This document shows, one piece after another, positions 1-12,975 of a DNA stretch of 64,000 bases. Source of the DNA: Octopus vulgaris (lineage: Eukaryota); contig OX597831.1 of assembly GCA_951406725.2 (NCBI GenBank), forward strand, positions 71,362,001-71,426,000, in the 5' to 3' direction. How positions within the stretch are numbered: the stretch's first letter is position 1; the number at the start of each line of letters is the position of its first letter. The position numbers and the translations under genes are program-made. The notes beneath the pieces were generated by a model that did no database searches, was not told the origin of the DNA, and saw only the letters and a program-made list of their open reading frames with translations.

Positions 1-175
1 TGAAAGCCAAGCCATTGGTATCTATCTCTTTGCTTGCTTAGTAATTTATTCTTTGTTTCAGTATCAAACATGAACACTTACCCTAATCAAATCCCATTCC
101 TTTGTCCCTTGAAAATGTTCTGACCATTTCTAAATGTCTGTGGAGTCTTGAATGTTAACTCAAGCATAGCTTTAA

Positions 176-1258
176 CCCTTTCGTTACTATATTTCTGACC
201 AAAATACACCCCTCGTGAGTTTCAATTAAATTCTAAAATAATCATGAATCTAGGCTTGTTTCATTAAATAACTGTAACTTTTTTAGTTATCAACATATTA
301 ATGTGATATTTGGAACATAATTAAAGAAAGGGTTCTTAATCAATTCTATTGCATAACTTTTGTCTCAAAGTGACTTTAATTACAGGTAAATCCAGGTAAA
401 TTGAGCAAAAGGTAAAAATATTAAAATTTTGTTTAAACATCACCATAGAAAATGAATCATCAACTAATATTCAAATGGGTATGCAACAAAATTTTGATAA
501 AGAAGAATTGTGCACATCACTATATCATCAGTTGAATTTAATGCACAACAGGTGTACCATAAAGGTGGAATAAAGTGAAATACAGGAATCCACCGTAAGT
601 TTGACCGAACTAAAGAAATCGGTCAAAAAATAATATACGGCCCTGGTTATGGTATGGAAGTGATAAATTCCAGACCACATCGTTCCCTAGGCCATGCTGA
701 CTAACATTATTTTCCCTGTATAAAACTAAATCCACGAGGTACCCAGTATTTGCTTCACAAATTTTCCGAAATTTGAACCCCCATTTTGTGTTTGTTTACA
801 TTCTGCGTAAGTTTGTTTCCGCATTGATCGCTTCAAACAATAACTTCCAGACCACATCATACCCTAAGCCATGCTGACTAACATTAGTTTCCCTGTATAA
901 AAATTAAATCCACAACAGTACCCAGTATTTGTTTCACAAATTTTCCGATTCAGAATCAATGCTTGATAACATGAAACTCCTATCCATTTTCAAAGTTGAA
1001 GAAAAATCGATGCCGAAAAAAATGTGGAAATAAATCTCCCAAAATTCAGGGAATTAAAATTACACGTCGATCATTGTACAAAACTGTAGATGAATTGTTT
1101 ACGAAGCATAATCACGTGTTTTCACGAATGTACTAAAGTGATTTGCTCTGATATTCTCATTTAAATATGAATAGGTAAATTCGGGCGGCTTTGGGCAGTT
1201 TGGTCACATTAACCAATATTTTTTTCGAGCTGCTTTGGGCAGTTTGGTAACGAAAGGG
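176..1258. mobile_element. piggyBac-like non-autonomous DNA transposon (~1.08 kb)
   Basis: TTAA at 172-175 and 1259-1262; TIR CCCTTTCGTTAC / GTAACGAAAGGG; internal direct repeat ~669-770 vs ~846-948; subterminal GCTTTGGGCAGTTTGGT twice; no ORF. Confidence 0.85.
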
Positions 1259-1356
1259 TTAAGTCATCAACAAGAAAGATGTTGGTGATATTAATTTTTT
1301 TTCCTATGCCGATCATATCATATAACCTTTGTATTTACTTAACAGTGCTTACGTAG

Positions 1357-2274
1357 GACTCACTGCTAGGATAAAAAGTAATGTAGATGGACTCACTGCT
1401 AGGACAAAAAGTAATATAGATGGACTCACTGCTAGGACAAAATGTAATATAGATGGACTCACTGCTAGGACAAAAAGTAATATTGATGGACTCACTGCTA
1501 GGATAAAAAGTAATATAGATGGACTCACTGCTAGGACAAAAAGTAATGTAGATGGACTCACTGCTAGGACAAAAAGTAATGTAGATGGACTCACTGCTAG
1601 GACAAAAAGTAATATAGATGGACTCACTGCTAGGACAAAAAGTAATATAGATGGACTCACTGCTAGGACAAAAAGTAATATAGATGGACTCACTGCTAGG
1701 ACAAAAAGTAATATAGATGGACTCACTGCTAGGACAAAAAGTAATGTAGATGGACTCACTGCTAGGACAAAAAGTAATGTAGATGGACTCACTGCTAGGA
1801 CATAATGTAGATGGACTCACTGCTAGGACAAAAAGTAATATAGATGGACTCACTGCTAGGACAAAAAGTAATGTAGATGGACTCACTACTAGGACAAAAA
1901 GTAATGTAGATGGACTCACTGCTAGGACAAAAAGTAATGTAGATGGACTCACTGCTAGGACAAAAAGCAATATAGATGGACTCACTGCTAGGACAAAAAG
2001 CAATATAGATGGACTCACTGCTAGAACAAAAAGTAATATAGATGGACTCACTGCTAGGACAAAAGTAATATAGATGGACTCACTGCTAGGACAAAAAGTA
2101 ATATAGATGGACTCACTGCTAGGACAAAAAGTAATATAGATGGACTCGCTGCTAGGATAAAAAGTAATATAGATGGACTCACTGCTAGGACAAAAAGTAA
2201 TATAGATGGACTCGCTGCTAGGATAAAAAGTAATATAGATGGACTCACTGCTAGGACAAAAAGTAATATAGATG
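1357..2274. repeat. 33-bp minisatellite, about 28 copies, unit GATGGACTCACTGCTAGGACAAAAAGTAAT(A/G)TA
   Basis: Direct head-to-tail copies without spacers; short deletions near 1803 and 2061. Confidence 0.97.
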
Positions 2275-2490
2275 CGATGTCACTCTGAAATATTCCTGTT
2301 GATAGCCTAATTCTGTTAAGTGACTTTAGTGGTAGCTTCAGTTCTTATTGGTAGCTCTGTGGACTAGGTTGTTGTTAGTCTCTTAATGGCATCCTGTATA
2401 GCAGTCGGGCCCTTAGTGAGACATTGTGATTCTATTATCCATAAGTAAGGAAGAGTCAAATGCTTTCTTATAGTCTAGCTATAAACTACT

Positions 2491-2896
2491 TACTCTTTTA
2501 TTTGTTTCAGTCATTTGACTGTGACCATGCTGGAGCACCTCCTTTAGTCAAACAAATCGACCCCAGGACTTATTCTTTGCAAGCCCAGTACTTATTCTAT
2601 CGGTCTCTTTTGCCGAACCGCCAAGTGACGGGGACGTAAACACACCAGCATCGGTTGTCAGGCGATGTTGGGGGACACAAAGACACACAAACATACACAC
2701 ACACACAAATATATATATACATATACATATATACGACGGGCTTCTTTCAGTTTCCAGCTACCAAATCCACTCACAAGGCTTTGGTCGGCCCGAGGCTATA
2801 GTAGAAGACACTTGCACAAGGTGCCACGCAGTGGGACTGAACCCAGAACCATGTGGTTGTTAAGCAAGCTACTTACCACACAGCCACTCCTGCGCC
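2491..2896 (-). mobile_element. SINE family A (tRNA-like head, internal TA/TG microsatellite, GTAAAAGA tail)
   Basis: Reverse complement of GGCGCAGGAGTGGCTGTGTGGTAAG..GGTTCAGTCCC..CAAGTAAAAGAG; many near-identical copies across the window. Confidence 0.9.
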
Positions 2897-3189
2897 TATG
2901 TTCAAATTTACTTGTTCAAATTTATTCCTTTTCTCCTGCTAGCTCATCGGTCACCACATTCTTTCACTGTGGTCCTGGAGGAATAAACTCAACCATTCTA
3001 TGAAGAATCTGCACATCATATTCAAGCACACTGTGGGCCACTTATGTCTCCCATTAATGTTGTTGTATGTGCAATATCAACCACTCTGGCACATGAAGCT
3101 CAGCTTTCACTGTTCCTTGAACAGGTTAATGAGGGCTAGTTTGTAGAATGTGAACTTTCTGTACCAATAACCAAATATCATATCTTTTC

Positions 3190-3416
3190 TTATTTCTTTC
3201 TTTATTGCCCACAAAGGGCTAAACATAGAGGGGACAGACAAATGATTAAGTCGATTGCATCAACCCCAGTGCATAACTGGTACTTAATTTATCGACCCCC
3301 GAAAGGATGAAAGGCAAAGTCGACCTCGGTGGAATTTGAACTCAGAACATAACGGTAAACAAAATACCGCTAGGCATTTCGCCCTGTGTGCTAACATTTC
3401 TGCCAACTTGCCGCCT
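3190..3416 (-). mobile_element. SINE family B (GGCGGCGAGCTGGCAGAA head, GCCTTTCATCCTTTCGGGGTCGATAAA core)
   Basis: Same sequence as copies at 5896-6495, 25533-25742, 26150-26383 and 48610-48822; B-box-like GAGTTCAAATTCC. Confidence 0.85.
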
Positions 3417-3952
3417 TTTCATATCATATCTTTTCTTGGTAATTTGCCATTCAGTAGGATTGCCGCAATCATCAGAAAAGTTTTAACTGTTGTTGTGCAG
3501 TTCATTTAGTCACACTGCCACTCGGTTGTGTTGTTTGTTTAAATTCCAGTCCCCACCTCAGAATGACTGAAAATTATGCTGGGAAGGAGACCTTCATTAC
3601 CTCGATATTATGGCCTTTCCTACTGCAACATACTGCTTGGTTTTTCACACTGCAATATATTGCTTGGCATGTGAGTAAAACTTGGGATTGATAGCCTTGC
3701 ATTCTTGTCATTTTTTACAGTAGCCAAGTGTTGCACCTGCCACTGACAGATCCTGTTGAAGTGAAATTAGCTTGCTTATCTGTACCTTTTCTCAACATTT
3801 CCCATAGGATTTAGATAATCTGTCACGAAATTACAGCTGGAGGTTCATGATCTTATTATTTACTTTGCACTTAATTATAGCGTCTAACTGTCAAACATTT
3901 TTTTCTGTGTCTGTTGATATATGTCAGAAGAGAGGACATCGCTTTTGGTTGT

Positions 3953-4176
3953 TACTCTCTCTCTTTTACTCTTTTACTTGTTTCAGTCATTTGACTGCGG
4001 CCATGCTGGAGCACCGCCCCCAGTCGAGCAAATCGACCCCGGGACTTATTCTTTGCAAGCCCAGTACTTATTCTATCGGTCTCCTTTTGCTGAACCGCTA
4101 AGTGACGGGGACGTAAACACACCAGCATCAGTTGTCAAGCAATGCTAGGGGGACAAACACAGACACACAAACATAT

Positions 4177-4219
<43 letters not shown>

Positions 4220-4383
4220 TACGACAGGCTTCTTTCAGTTTTCCGTCTACCAAATCCACTCACAAGGCATTGGTCGGCCCGGGGCTATAGCAGAAGACAC
4301 TTGCCCAAGATGCCACGCAGTGGGACTGAACCCGGAACCATGTGGTCGGTTAGCAAGCTACTTACCACACAGCCACTCCTGCG
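3953..4383 (-). mobile_element. SINE family A
   Basis: Near full-length copy; source of spurious ORFs 3847, 3921 and 4142. Confidence 0.9.
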
Positions 4384-5324
4384 TTCTTTTCTTTCATTTT
4401 TTTTTTTTTTTGCTTGCTACAATCAATCTCTTTTACTCCTATTTGTTGGTAAATGGTAATTGCAGCACAGTGTAGAACATTCAATGTCTAAAAGCTGGAA
4501 TTCTCAGTCACTGCTACTTGTTCCTTAGATTCTTGCTCTATTGTGTATAACATCAGGTCAGTAGCATTATTATTGATTAGTGTGGTAATTGTTCTCTCAT
4601 AGAATTCTTTATTAATGTAGACTGTGAGCTGTACTTTGAGTCGTTTATATTTCTCAATAATTACCACAATTTGTTCTTTATCAGTCACTGCTCATTTGTG
4701 TAATTTCAGAATGTTTCTTTCACTTTTGTTGTTATTGCATCAGTTGTGGTCTTTGGTGCTTTTGGTCTTCTCAGGTGAAGAATTTCACTGGCCTAGTTTG
4801 ACTCTTATTTAATGAGCGATTCTAGTAGCTGGTAGGGATAAGAGTAAATTTTCTCTCAATGAAGGTTGCTTGTTGTCATAGTTGTTTGGTATTGAAGTGT
4901 GAATAGTTGGGGTGTTTTAAATCTCAGTCACTTTTTCTCCTTTTCACAGAACTAATTCAGGGATCTTTCTTAACTATTTTATGGAACTGATAAGAGGTCT
5001 TGATTCAATTTAAAAGTCCACCACAAATTTCTCCTTAGTTCTATGACCTGTGAAAGCTGACCCCAATTTCCTCTCCAACCATCTTGAGTGTAGTGGTAAT
5101 TCAATGTGTCGAGTTTCAGTTGATGTTCACCTCTTAATTACTTCTAGAATCTTCCATAAAAAGTTGCTTCTTTGCATTTCCAGAAGATAACCAATTTTTT
5201 TTTTTTACTAGACCTGTATCAAAAGCAAAAGCTCTACTGGATTGTATTCATTACATGGAAAATGAATAGACCCTGTTTGTCAATATGACTAACTTCAATG
5301 CCATATTATGCATTTATTTATGCA

Positions 5325-5361
<37 letters not shown>

Positions 5362-5367
<6 letters not shown>

Positions 5368-5672
5368 AACTAAAGTTATTGAACAAACAAAGGCAAGGTC
5401 ATCCGCGTATCATTTCATAATTTTTTTTCTCGCACCTTATTATTATTATATGCTTGTATGCTTGTACAGATGAATTATGTTCCATCTTGTGGGATGTTTA
5501 TATGTATATTCTATGATTAAATGTTCGAATTATGAAATTATGCAGATGACCTTGCATTTGTTTGTTCAATAACTTTAGTTTGATATTTTTGTCTCTTTCA
5601 ATAGAGCACTTCTATAGCAGTCCTATTAATCTTTTTGTTACTGACAAGAAACAATCACTGTATTATTGATAT

Positions 5673-5678
<6 letters not shown>
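5362..5678. mobile_element. Foldback element in (TA)n, probable PLE terminal fragment
   Basis: Inverted arms 5362-5422 and 5528-5586, then ~90 bp unpaired extension; TA runs on both sides. Confidence 0.6.
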
Positions 5679-5712
<34 letters not shown>

Positions 5713-5895
5713 GCATATCTGTACATGTTTGCATGTAATGTATGCATGCCTCGTCATTATTACACTTGCTTTCCATGCTGGCAGAAGTCAGAGGGTCTTC
5801 CCAGTGCAGTCAGTTCTTACTTGGAATCACTGCTCTCATTAATTGATGCGTATACATGTCATTTTACGTCTGGTTTCTATGGATGCCCTTCCTAT

Positions 5896-6495
5896 CTATT
5901 TCTTTACTACCCACAAGGGGCTAAACACAGAGAAGACAAACAAGGACAGACAAACGGATTAAGTCGATTATATCGACCCCAGTGAGTAACTGGTACTTAT
6001 TTCATCGACCTCAAAAGGATGAAAGGCAAAGTCGACCTCGGCGGAATTTGAACTCAGGACGTAACCGCAGACGAAATACCTATTTCTTTACTACCCACAA
6101 GGGGCTAAACACAGAGGGGACAAACAAGGATAGACAAACGGATTAAGTCGATCACATCGACCCCAGTGAGTAACTGGTACTTATTTAATCGACCTCAAAA
6201 GGATGAAAGGCAAAGTTGACCTCGGCGGAATTTGAACTCAGAACATAACGGCAGACGAAATACCTATTTCTTTACTACCCACAAGGGGCTAAACACAGAG
6301 GGGACAAACAAGGACAGACAAACGGATTAAGTCGATTACATCGACCCCAGTGTGTAACTGGTACTTATTTAATCGACCTCAAAAGGATGAAAGGCAAAGT
6401 TAACCTTGGTGGAATTTGAACTCAGGACGTAGCAGCAGACAAAATATTGCTAAGCATTTCACCCGGCGTGCTAACGATTCTGCCAGCTCGCCGCC
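5896..6495 (-). mobile_element. SINE family B tandem trimer (one head + three 184-bp bodies)
   Basis: Units start at 5896, 6080 and 6264; flanking direct repeat GGATGCCCTTCCTATC at 5881-5896 and 6507-6522. Confidence 0.9.
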
Positions 6496-6971
6496 TTATG
6501 GTGATAGGATGCCCTTCCTATCACCAACCACATTACAGTATATATTGGGTGCATTTTATCAGCAAGTCAAGACTAGAGGTTTCTCTTGGCCTTTTGCTTT
6601 CTTCACTCATTTGCCAAATACTTTACGGTGTATACTGCATGTTTTTTTTCAGTGAGGCAACAGTACAGGGGTTGTCAAGTCCTCATCAAGACAAGACCTA
6701 AGAGACTTTGCAGGAGACTACTTTTCCTCTGCTTGGTTACCAATCACGATAGGGAATGCCCTAATGAGGAAGGAAGTGTTTCACCATTGCACCAGTAGAG
6801 GGAGGGATATCATGTATATTGTAAGTGTAGAGAGTATGAAGTACCCAAAGCCAAAAAAAATCTGCCCCAGATAAATTCCATAGGATCCATACAAACATGG
6901 AAAAGTGGGCGTTGCATAATGATGATAATGATAAGTGTGTGGGTGGGTGTATGAGTGTATATATATATTTC

Positions 6972-7341
6972 GGCACTCTGTCGGTTACGACGACAAGGGT
7001 TCTAGTTCATTCGATCAACAGAACAAGTTGCTCGTGAAATTAATGTGCAAGTGGCTGAGCACTCCACAGACCTTATCATTCCTTCTCGGGGAGATTCAGT
7101 GTGACACAGTGTGTGACAAGGCTGGCCCTCTCAAATACTGGTACAACAGAAACAGGAAGAAAGAGTGAGAGAAAGTTGGGGTGAAAGAATACAGCAGGAT
7201 TCGCCACCACCCCCTGCTGGAGCCACGTGGAGATTTAGGTGTTTTTGCTCAATAAACACTCACAATGCCCAGTCTGGGTATCGAAACTGTGATCCTATGA
7301 CCATGCATACGCTGTCCTAACCACTGGGTCATTGCGCCTCA
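6972..7341 (-). mobile_element. SINE family C (same family as 29101-29487), with internal deletion
   Basis: Reverse complement matches the head GAGGCGCAATGNCCCAGTGG and tail ..GTCGTCGTAACCGAC of the 29101 copy. Confidence 0.85.
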
Positions 7342-7352
7342 CACACACACAT

Positions 7353-7384
<32 letters not shown>

Positions 7385-7397
7385 ATGGATGGATGGA

Positions 7398-8588
7398 TTT
7401 CTTTCTTTCTTTCTTTCTTTCTTTCTTTATTAGCCATGCAGGGCTGAACACAGAGGGGACAAATTACAAAGTAGAGCTCTTCTTTTGGGTGAGAAAAAAG
7501 AGTGGTAGGTTTTCGATCAAAAGGGATCGTAAAAAGAAAAAAAGAAAAAAAAAACGATCAATAGGGATTGTGTATTACAGAAATGTCATAATGTAAAGTA
7601 TAAAGGGAGAAACAGATAAGGTTTATCCGTGGAAAGAAAAGACTATGGAAAAGACCACGGTAACCTCAGTCAATAATGTCACATGTTAACATATTTATTT
7701 GCAAGTAAGTAACTCTGTTTTAAATTTTTCCGGGTTCATAGGATTATGCTCAAGGTGGCTTAGTCATTCATACGTACCATCCTTGCTACATCCACCCATC
7801 TTTTTTTGAAACATTCACTATACAAAACTTGCCTCTCTACTCTCACTTTCCTTTCCAAGTGATACTTGAAGAAGTTGATGAGAGATTGAACAGTGAGGAA
7901 AGTATTTGTCTCTAATCCTTTCAGATGCATCCACCAGATACATTCTTTTGCCATAGTCACAAATATGATGAAAATAGCTCTTCCTTCCCATTTGAAGGAA
8001 GGAGGCGTGACAATATTGACGATAGACTTGGCTGATAAACTGACTTGTTCTGCACGTCACAGCAGTCATTTGACATAAGCCCACGGGTCAGAAATGGTTG
8101 GACACTGCACGAGTGTGTGCAAAATGGTTTCGTCACTCTGACCACATCTCAGGCCGGTCAGCCCCATGTTTCTCGAGCCGTGTCTGTAGAACTTATCCTG
8201 AACGAGTAGTGCTTCTCAGTAGCACTGCCAAGCCAGGGATCTCTGGAAGTTGTCCATAGGTCCCGGCCCAAAAGTCGTCTTGGACAGGCGGGTAAGGTAT
8301 TCCTTATTGACGCCCAGGTTCGACCCGAGATCATCGTCGTACTTCCCCTCCACTAACCCCCTATAGAATACTTTGGTTGTGTTGAAGTCGCTCAAGGTCG
8401 ACCCGGGACGGCATAGTTGCTTGAGAGCAATGTGACACTCGCAGTGCCATTCGCCCTTCCTCGGCCTCTTTTTGATCGACGACTGCCGTTCAGTCATGGA
8501 GATGAGCTGCAGGAAAGTGTGCCTCACAAACAGCGACCACACCTGTTCACTGTCATCTAGATAGAGTCGTAGAAATAGATCGAGGGAT
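7398..8588 (-). mobile_element. 5'-truncated L1/Tx1-like LINE, 3' end of ORF2 + 3' UTR
   Basis: Minus-strand peptides ..FQRSLAWQCY*EALLVQDK..RCGQSDETILHTLVQCP (zf-RVT-like knuckle) and KECIWW..FFKYHL..FKKRWV; (GAAA)n tail; the same 3' UTR recurs at 16085-16460 and 16508-16630. Confidence 0.75.
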
Positions 8589-8600
8589 ATATATATATAT

Positions 8601-8891
8601 AGCCAGCCAACGTGGACGATGCCAGCGCCACCTTGACTGGCTTCTGTGCTGGTGGCACGTAAAAAGCACCAACCGATCGTGGCCGCTGCTAGCCTCCCCT
8701 GGCACCTGTGCCGGTGGCATGTAAAAAGCACCCACTACACTCACGGAGTGGTTGGCATTAGGAAGGGCATCCAGCTGTAGAAACACTGCAAGATCAAACT
8801 GGAGCCTGGTGCAGCCTCCTGGTTTCCCAGACCCCGGTTGAACCGTCCAACCTGTGCTAGTACGGAAAACGGACGTTAAACGATGATGATG

Positions 8892-8893
<2 letters not shown>
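8601..8893 (+). mobile_element. RTE-LINE 3'-tail-type repeat ending in (GAT)n
   Basis: GGAGTGGTTGGC..GGAAGGGCATCCAGCTGTAGAAAC..GGACGTTAAACGATGATGAT, the same tail that follows the RTE ORF at 38160-39577. Confidence 0.8.
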
Positions 8894-8922
<29 letters not shown>

Positions 8923-9260
8923 AAGATAGATAGATAGGTATATATATACATGCTTCCCAACTACATGGTTTCATGGTTCAGTCCCATTGCATGACACCTT
9001 GGCCAAGTGTCTTCAATAGAAGTGTCAGCAAGTGTCGACCTTGAACTGACCAAAATCTTGTGAGTGGATTTGGTAGGTGCAAACTGAAAGAAGCCTTCAT
9101 TTATGTATGTATGTATGTATGTGTGTGTGTGTGTGTGTGAGTGTGTGCATGTATATGTGTAAAGTGTGTGTGTTTGTATAGTATGTATGTATAATATATG
9201 TATACATGTACATATATTTATATAACAGTTAATATATGTTTATGTGTGTTTGTATATATA

Positions 9261-9640
9261 GGCGCAGGAGTGGCTGTGTGGTAAGTAGCTTGCTAACCAA
9301 CCACATGGTTCTGGGTTCAGTCCCACTGCATGGCATCTTGGGCAAGTGTCTTGGGCCGACCAATGCCTTGTGAGTGGATTTGGTAGACGGAAACTGAAAG
9401 AAGCCTGTCGTATATATGTATATATATGTTTGTGTGTGTTTGTCTCCCTAGCATTGCTTGACAACCGATGCTGGTGTGTTTACGTCCCCGTCACTTAGCG
9501 GTTCGGCAAAAGAGACCGATAGAATAAGTACTGGGCTTACAAAGAATAAGTCCCGGGGTCGATTTGCTCGACTAAAGGCGGTGCTCCAGCATGGCCGCAG
9601 TCAAATGACTGAAACAAGTAAAAGAGTAAAAGAGTAAGAG
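9261..9640 (+). mobile_element. SINE family A
   Basis: Full head to GTAAAAGA tail. Confidence 0.9.
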
Positions 9641-9702
9641 TATACATACAGTTAAACGATGATGATGATGATGATGATGATGATACATACATACACACAT
9701 CT

Positions 9703-9739
<37 letters not shown>

Positions 9740-9871
9740 CGTATATGCATTCACACATAAATACATGCATACATACATACATATATATATATATATACGT
9801 GCATACATACATGCATAATCTCTCTCACACATGTACACAAACATGTTAAATTGATGAGACAATTATTTTAA

Positions 9872-10092
9872 GCCTTTCATTACCGTATTTATTTTGAGAT
9901 GCTCTGTGTTTCTTTCAATTAATTTTAAATATAACAAAGAATTTAGTAAAATAACCTGGTTATCATTAAGCTAGTGTTAGGAACATAAATTGTGACTAAG
10001 GTTTGGTGGAAGATTTTAATTCAAAACTTATGAAAACAAGACATTTGTACTCAGAGCCAGAGCTGGTTTCAGCCAGGTGAGTAATGAAAGGG
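9872..10092. mobile_element. piggyBac-like MITE (~220 bp), copy 1
   Basis: TTAA on both sides; degenerate TIR (G)CCTTTCATTAC / GTAATGAAAGGG; inverted relative to copies at 19342 and 46522. Confidence 0.85.
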
Positions 10093-10454
10093 TTAAACAA
10101 AGTTTAAGAATAACAGCAGAAAACAATGTTAGGTGTCTCCATAGTGTGAGTTGTTAAATTTATTGTAGTTTATTTTGACAAGGACCTTGAAGTTTCACCT
10201 GACCGTTTATTTAATCAGTGAATAAAGTTTCACTCTTGAAGTTTATGTGGGGAAATAAAGAGGAAAACTGCAGTAAAAGAAGCAAGGGTTTAAGTAGAAG
10301 TTTACATTAGTTGAAAAGTTCTGTTATTTCACTGGTGTTTGAAATCTGATAAAATAGTTTGAATGTCAGGTAAATATAAAGACTACCCACACCCCTTACA
10401 CAATTAATGAGATAAGGTGAGATAGGAAAAGGTAAAGAAAGGGTATGTATTTAT

Positions 10455-10710
<256 letters not shown>

Positions 10711-11259
10711 ATACATTCATACATAATACTTCATTTAGTAACTATAGATCGGAAAATATATTAAAATAAATGAAAATGAAAACATAAATATTTATTAATG
10801 AATTTAAAAAATAAATAGAAATGACTTGGTTGTGTCTTCGGAGGGTCATTCAAGTGTGAAAAAGAGAACTGGAGATTGGTATTCAGGCAGCTAATTCAAT
10901 TGACTGGTTCAACTGAAGTCCCAAAAGGTTTTAATCCTAGATAAGTGTCAAAGTGTGATGAAGTATAAAGGTAGTTGTTTGTGTAGATGTGTGTGTGTGT
11001 GTATGTGTGTGCGTGTGTGTGTGTGTATGTGTGTGTTTGTAAATATGTGTGGATGTGTATTGTTCACAAACATCACTGTATTGACCAGACTATCAGATGA
11101 TTTTATAAAATGCTGGTCACAATGAGCTTTCAGTTCTTTCTTCATAGCACCTTCTTCTTCCCCTCTTAGCAAAATTGTTCAATTCTTTTCATCATCATGG
11201 ATGCCTTGTGTGTGTGTGTGTGTGGGAGGACTTTTTTTTTTTCTATTTTCTTGGATAGG

Positions 11260-11705
11260 TTCAGGTGTGGCTGTGTGGTAAGATAGGTGCTCTGTCTTAA
11301 GATGCTTGCTTCCTAACTACATGGTTCCAGGTTCAGTTCCACTGCATAGCACATTATGCAAGTGTCTTCTACTATAACTTCATTCCAACCAAAGTGTCTT
11401 CTCCTATAGCCTCAGGCTGACCAAAGCCTCGTGAGTGGATTTGGTAGATATAAACTGAAAAACACCCTTCATATGTGTGTGTGTGTATGTCTTTGTGTCT
11501 ATGTTTGTCCACCCATCACCGTTTGACAACCTGTGTTGGTGTGTTTATTTCCCCATAACTTAGTGGTTTGACAAAAAAGACTAATAGAACAAGTACTAGG
11601 CTTAAAAATTAAGTCCTGGAGTTGATTTGTTTGACTAAAATCCTTGAAAGCAGTGCTCCAGCATGGCTGCAGTCAAATGCCTGAAACAAGTAAAAGAATA
11701 AAAGA
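11260..11705 (+). mobile_element. SINE family A, older diverged copy
   Basis: Colinear with family A but many substitutions and small insertions. Confidence 0.8.
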
Positions 11706-12805
11706 ACGCTACTTAACAACTGCATGGTTTCACCTGTTGTCTGTGAACCTTACAACATGTCCAACCCCACAAAGCATTTGGTAATTTGGTATTCTGCTAT
11801 CATGCCATTCACTCTGCTCCGTTCTTGAACAACCAAACCCATCAATCAGTTGCAGACTATGCTGATAGAGCTGAACACTCATAGCTCAGCAGTATACCTT
11901 GAAGTGAACCATTTACAAGTATACCTTGTATTAGAAGCCTACAAAAGAATTTTTCCTAATATTCTCAGAAAAATTCAAGTTTATGTACTAGTTCAAAAGA
12001 AAAAGTAACAAAGGAAATTGTTAAGTATTAACATAAATGTATTGAGACATCTATTATTGTTAAAATACTAATGCTACTAAGTACTGACAAAAAGTGCAAC
12101 TGAAATTGAACTGAGATGCAAAAGTTGCAGAAACTGAAAATAAACTTAAATGAATGACAGAATACTCGCTCACAGTAAATTCCTTATAAAAGCTAATTGT
12201 AGTTCATATATCATGGCATATACATATGCATGCACACTCACACACACACATACACTCACAGTCACACACATACATACGCACATACACACACATTCACACA
12301 CATACAGATTCGAAGGAATTGAGTGAAACTTTAATTAAATTTCAATTATGGTAATCATAAAAGATTTGCCCCTAAACATATAATTGTGCATGGAACTTTG
12401 CTTTAAAGAAAATAGTTATAACTTGCTAGTTCAGCTGAGTGCTACATAAAATTCCAAGTGTAAAATTATATATACTTTGTATGAATAAAAAGAATAAGGT
12501 GACAATGAAATACACACACACACACACATAGCATAAAGATATAAAGTAGCATTTTGGTAAAAATATAATTTTGACATGTGTGTGAAAGAATTTATGTGAC
12601 TCATTTATAAAAGTGGAATAAAACTATGCAAAACAAGTCATGGCCAAATCTTGCATATATTTATGAATGAACCTCCACACAAGGGTTTTGTATGTATATG
12701 CATATCAAATAAAAATACAAAGGAAAAAAATGCAAATTCTAAACTCAGAAATATAAATCAATACAAACAAGTATGTATATGTATGTGTGTATATGTATAT
12801 GTATA

Positions 12806-12851
<46 letters not shown>

Positions 12852-12975
12852 GAGAGAGAGTGAGAGAGAGAGAGAGGGGGAGGGAGGGAGAGAGAAATTC
12901 ATATAATCTTATATCCATATATGAATAAATACATATTCATAAACGACTGACAGAAGAACACAAGTTTCGTTCTTT

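Larger units (their letters stand above)
2900..5200 (-). mobile_element. Highly decayed non-LTR retrotransposon fragments (possibly R4/Dong-like), interrupted by SINEs
   Basis: Minus strand is A-rich with broken coding-like segments (ORF 4488..4688; NTKQL.QQATFIERK near 4850-4890). Clade is a weak by-eye guess. Confidence 0.3.

Noticed and set aside
1329-2248. Repeat-protein ORFs (DGLTARTKSNI)n, or a CRISPR-like array
   Set aside because: Pure tandem repeat with no unique spacers; frameshifting deletions; open frames follow from the 33-bp unit.
2665-3003. Recurrent ORFs such as MLGGQTQTHK..FRLPNPLTR and FQSFDCGHAGAPP
   Set aside because: Translations of SINE family A, repeated at about 20 loci on both strands.
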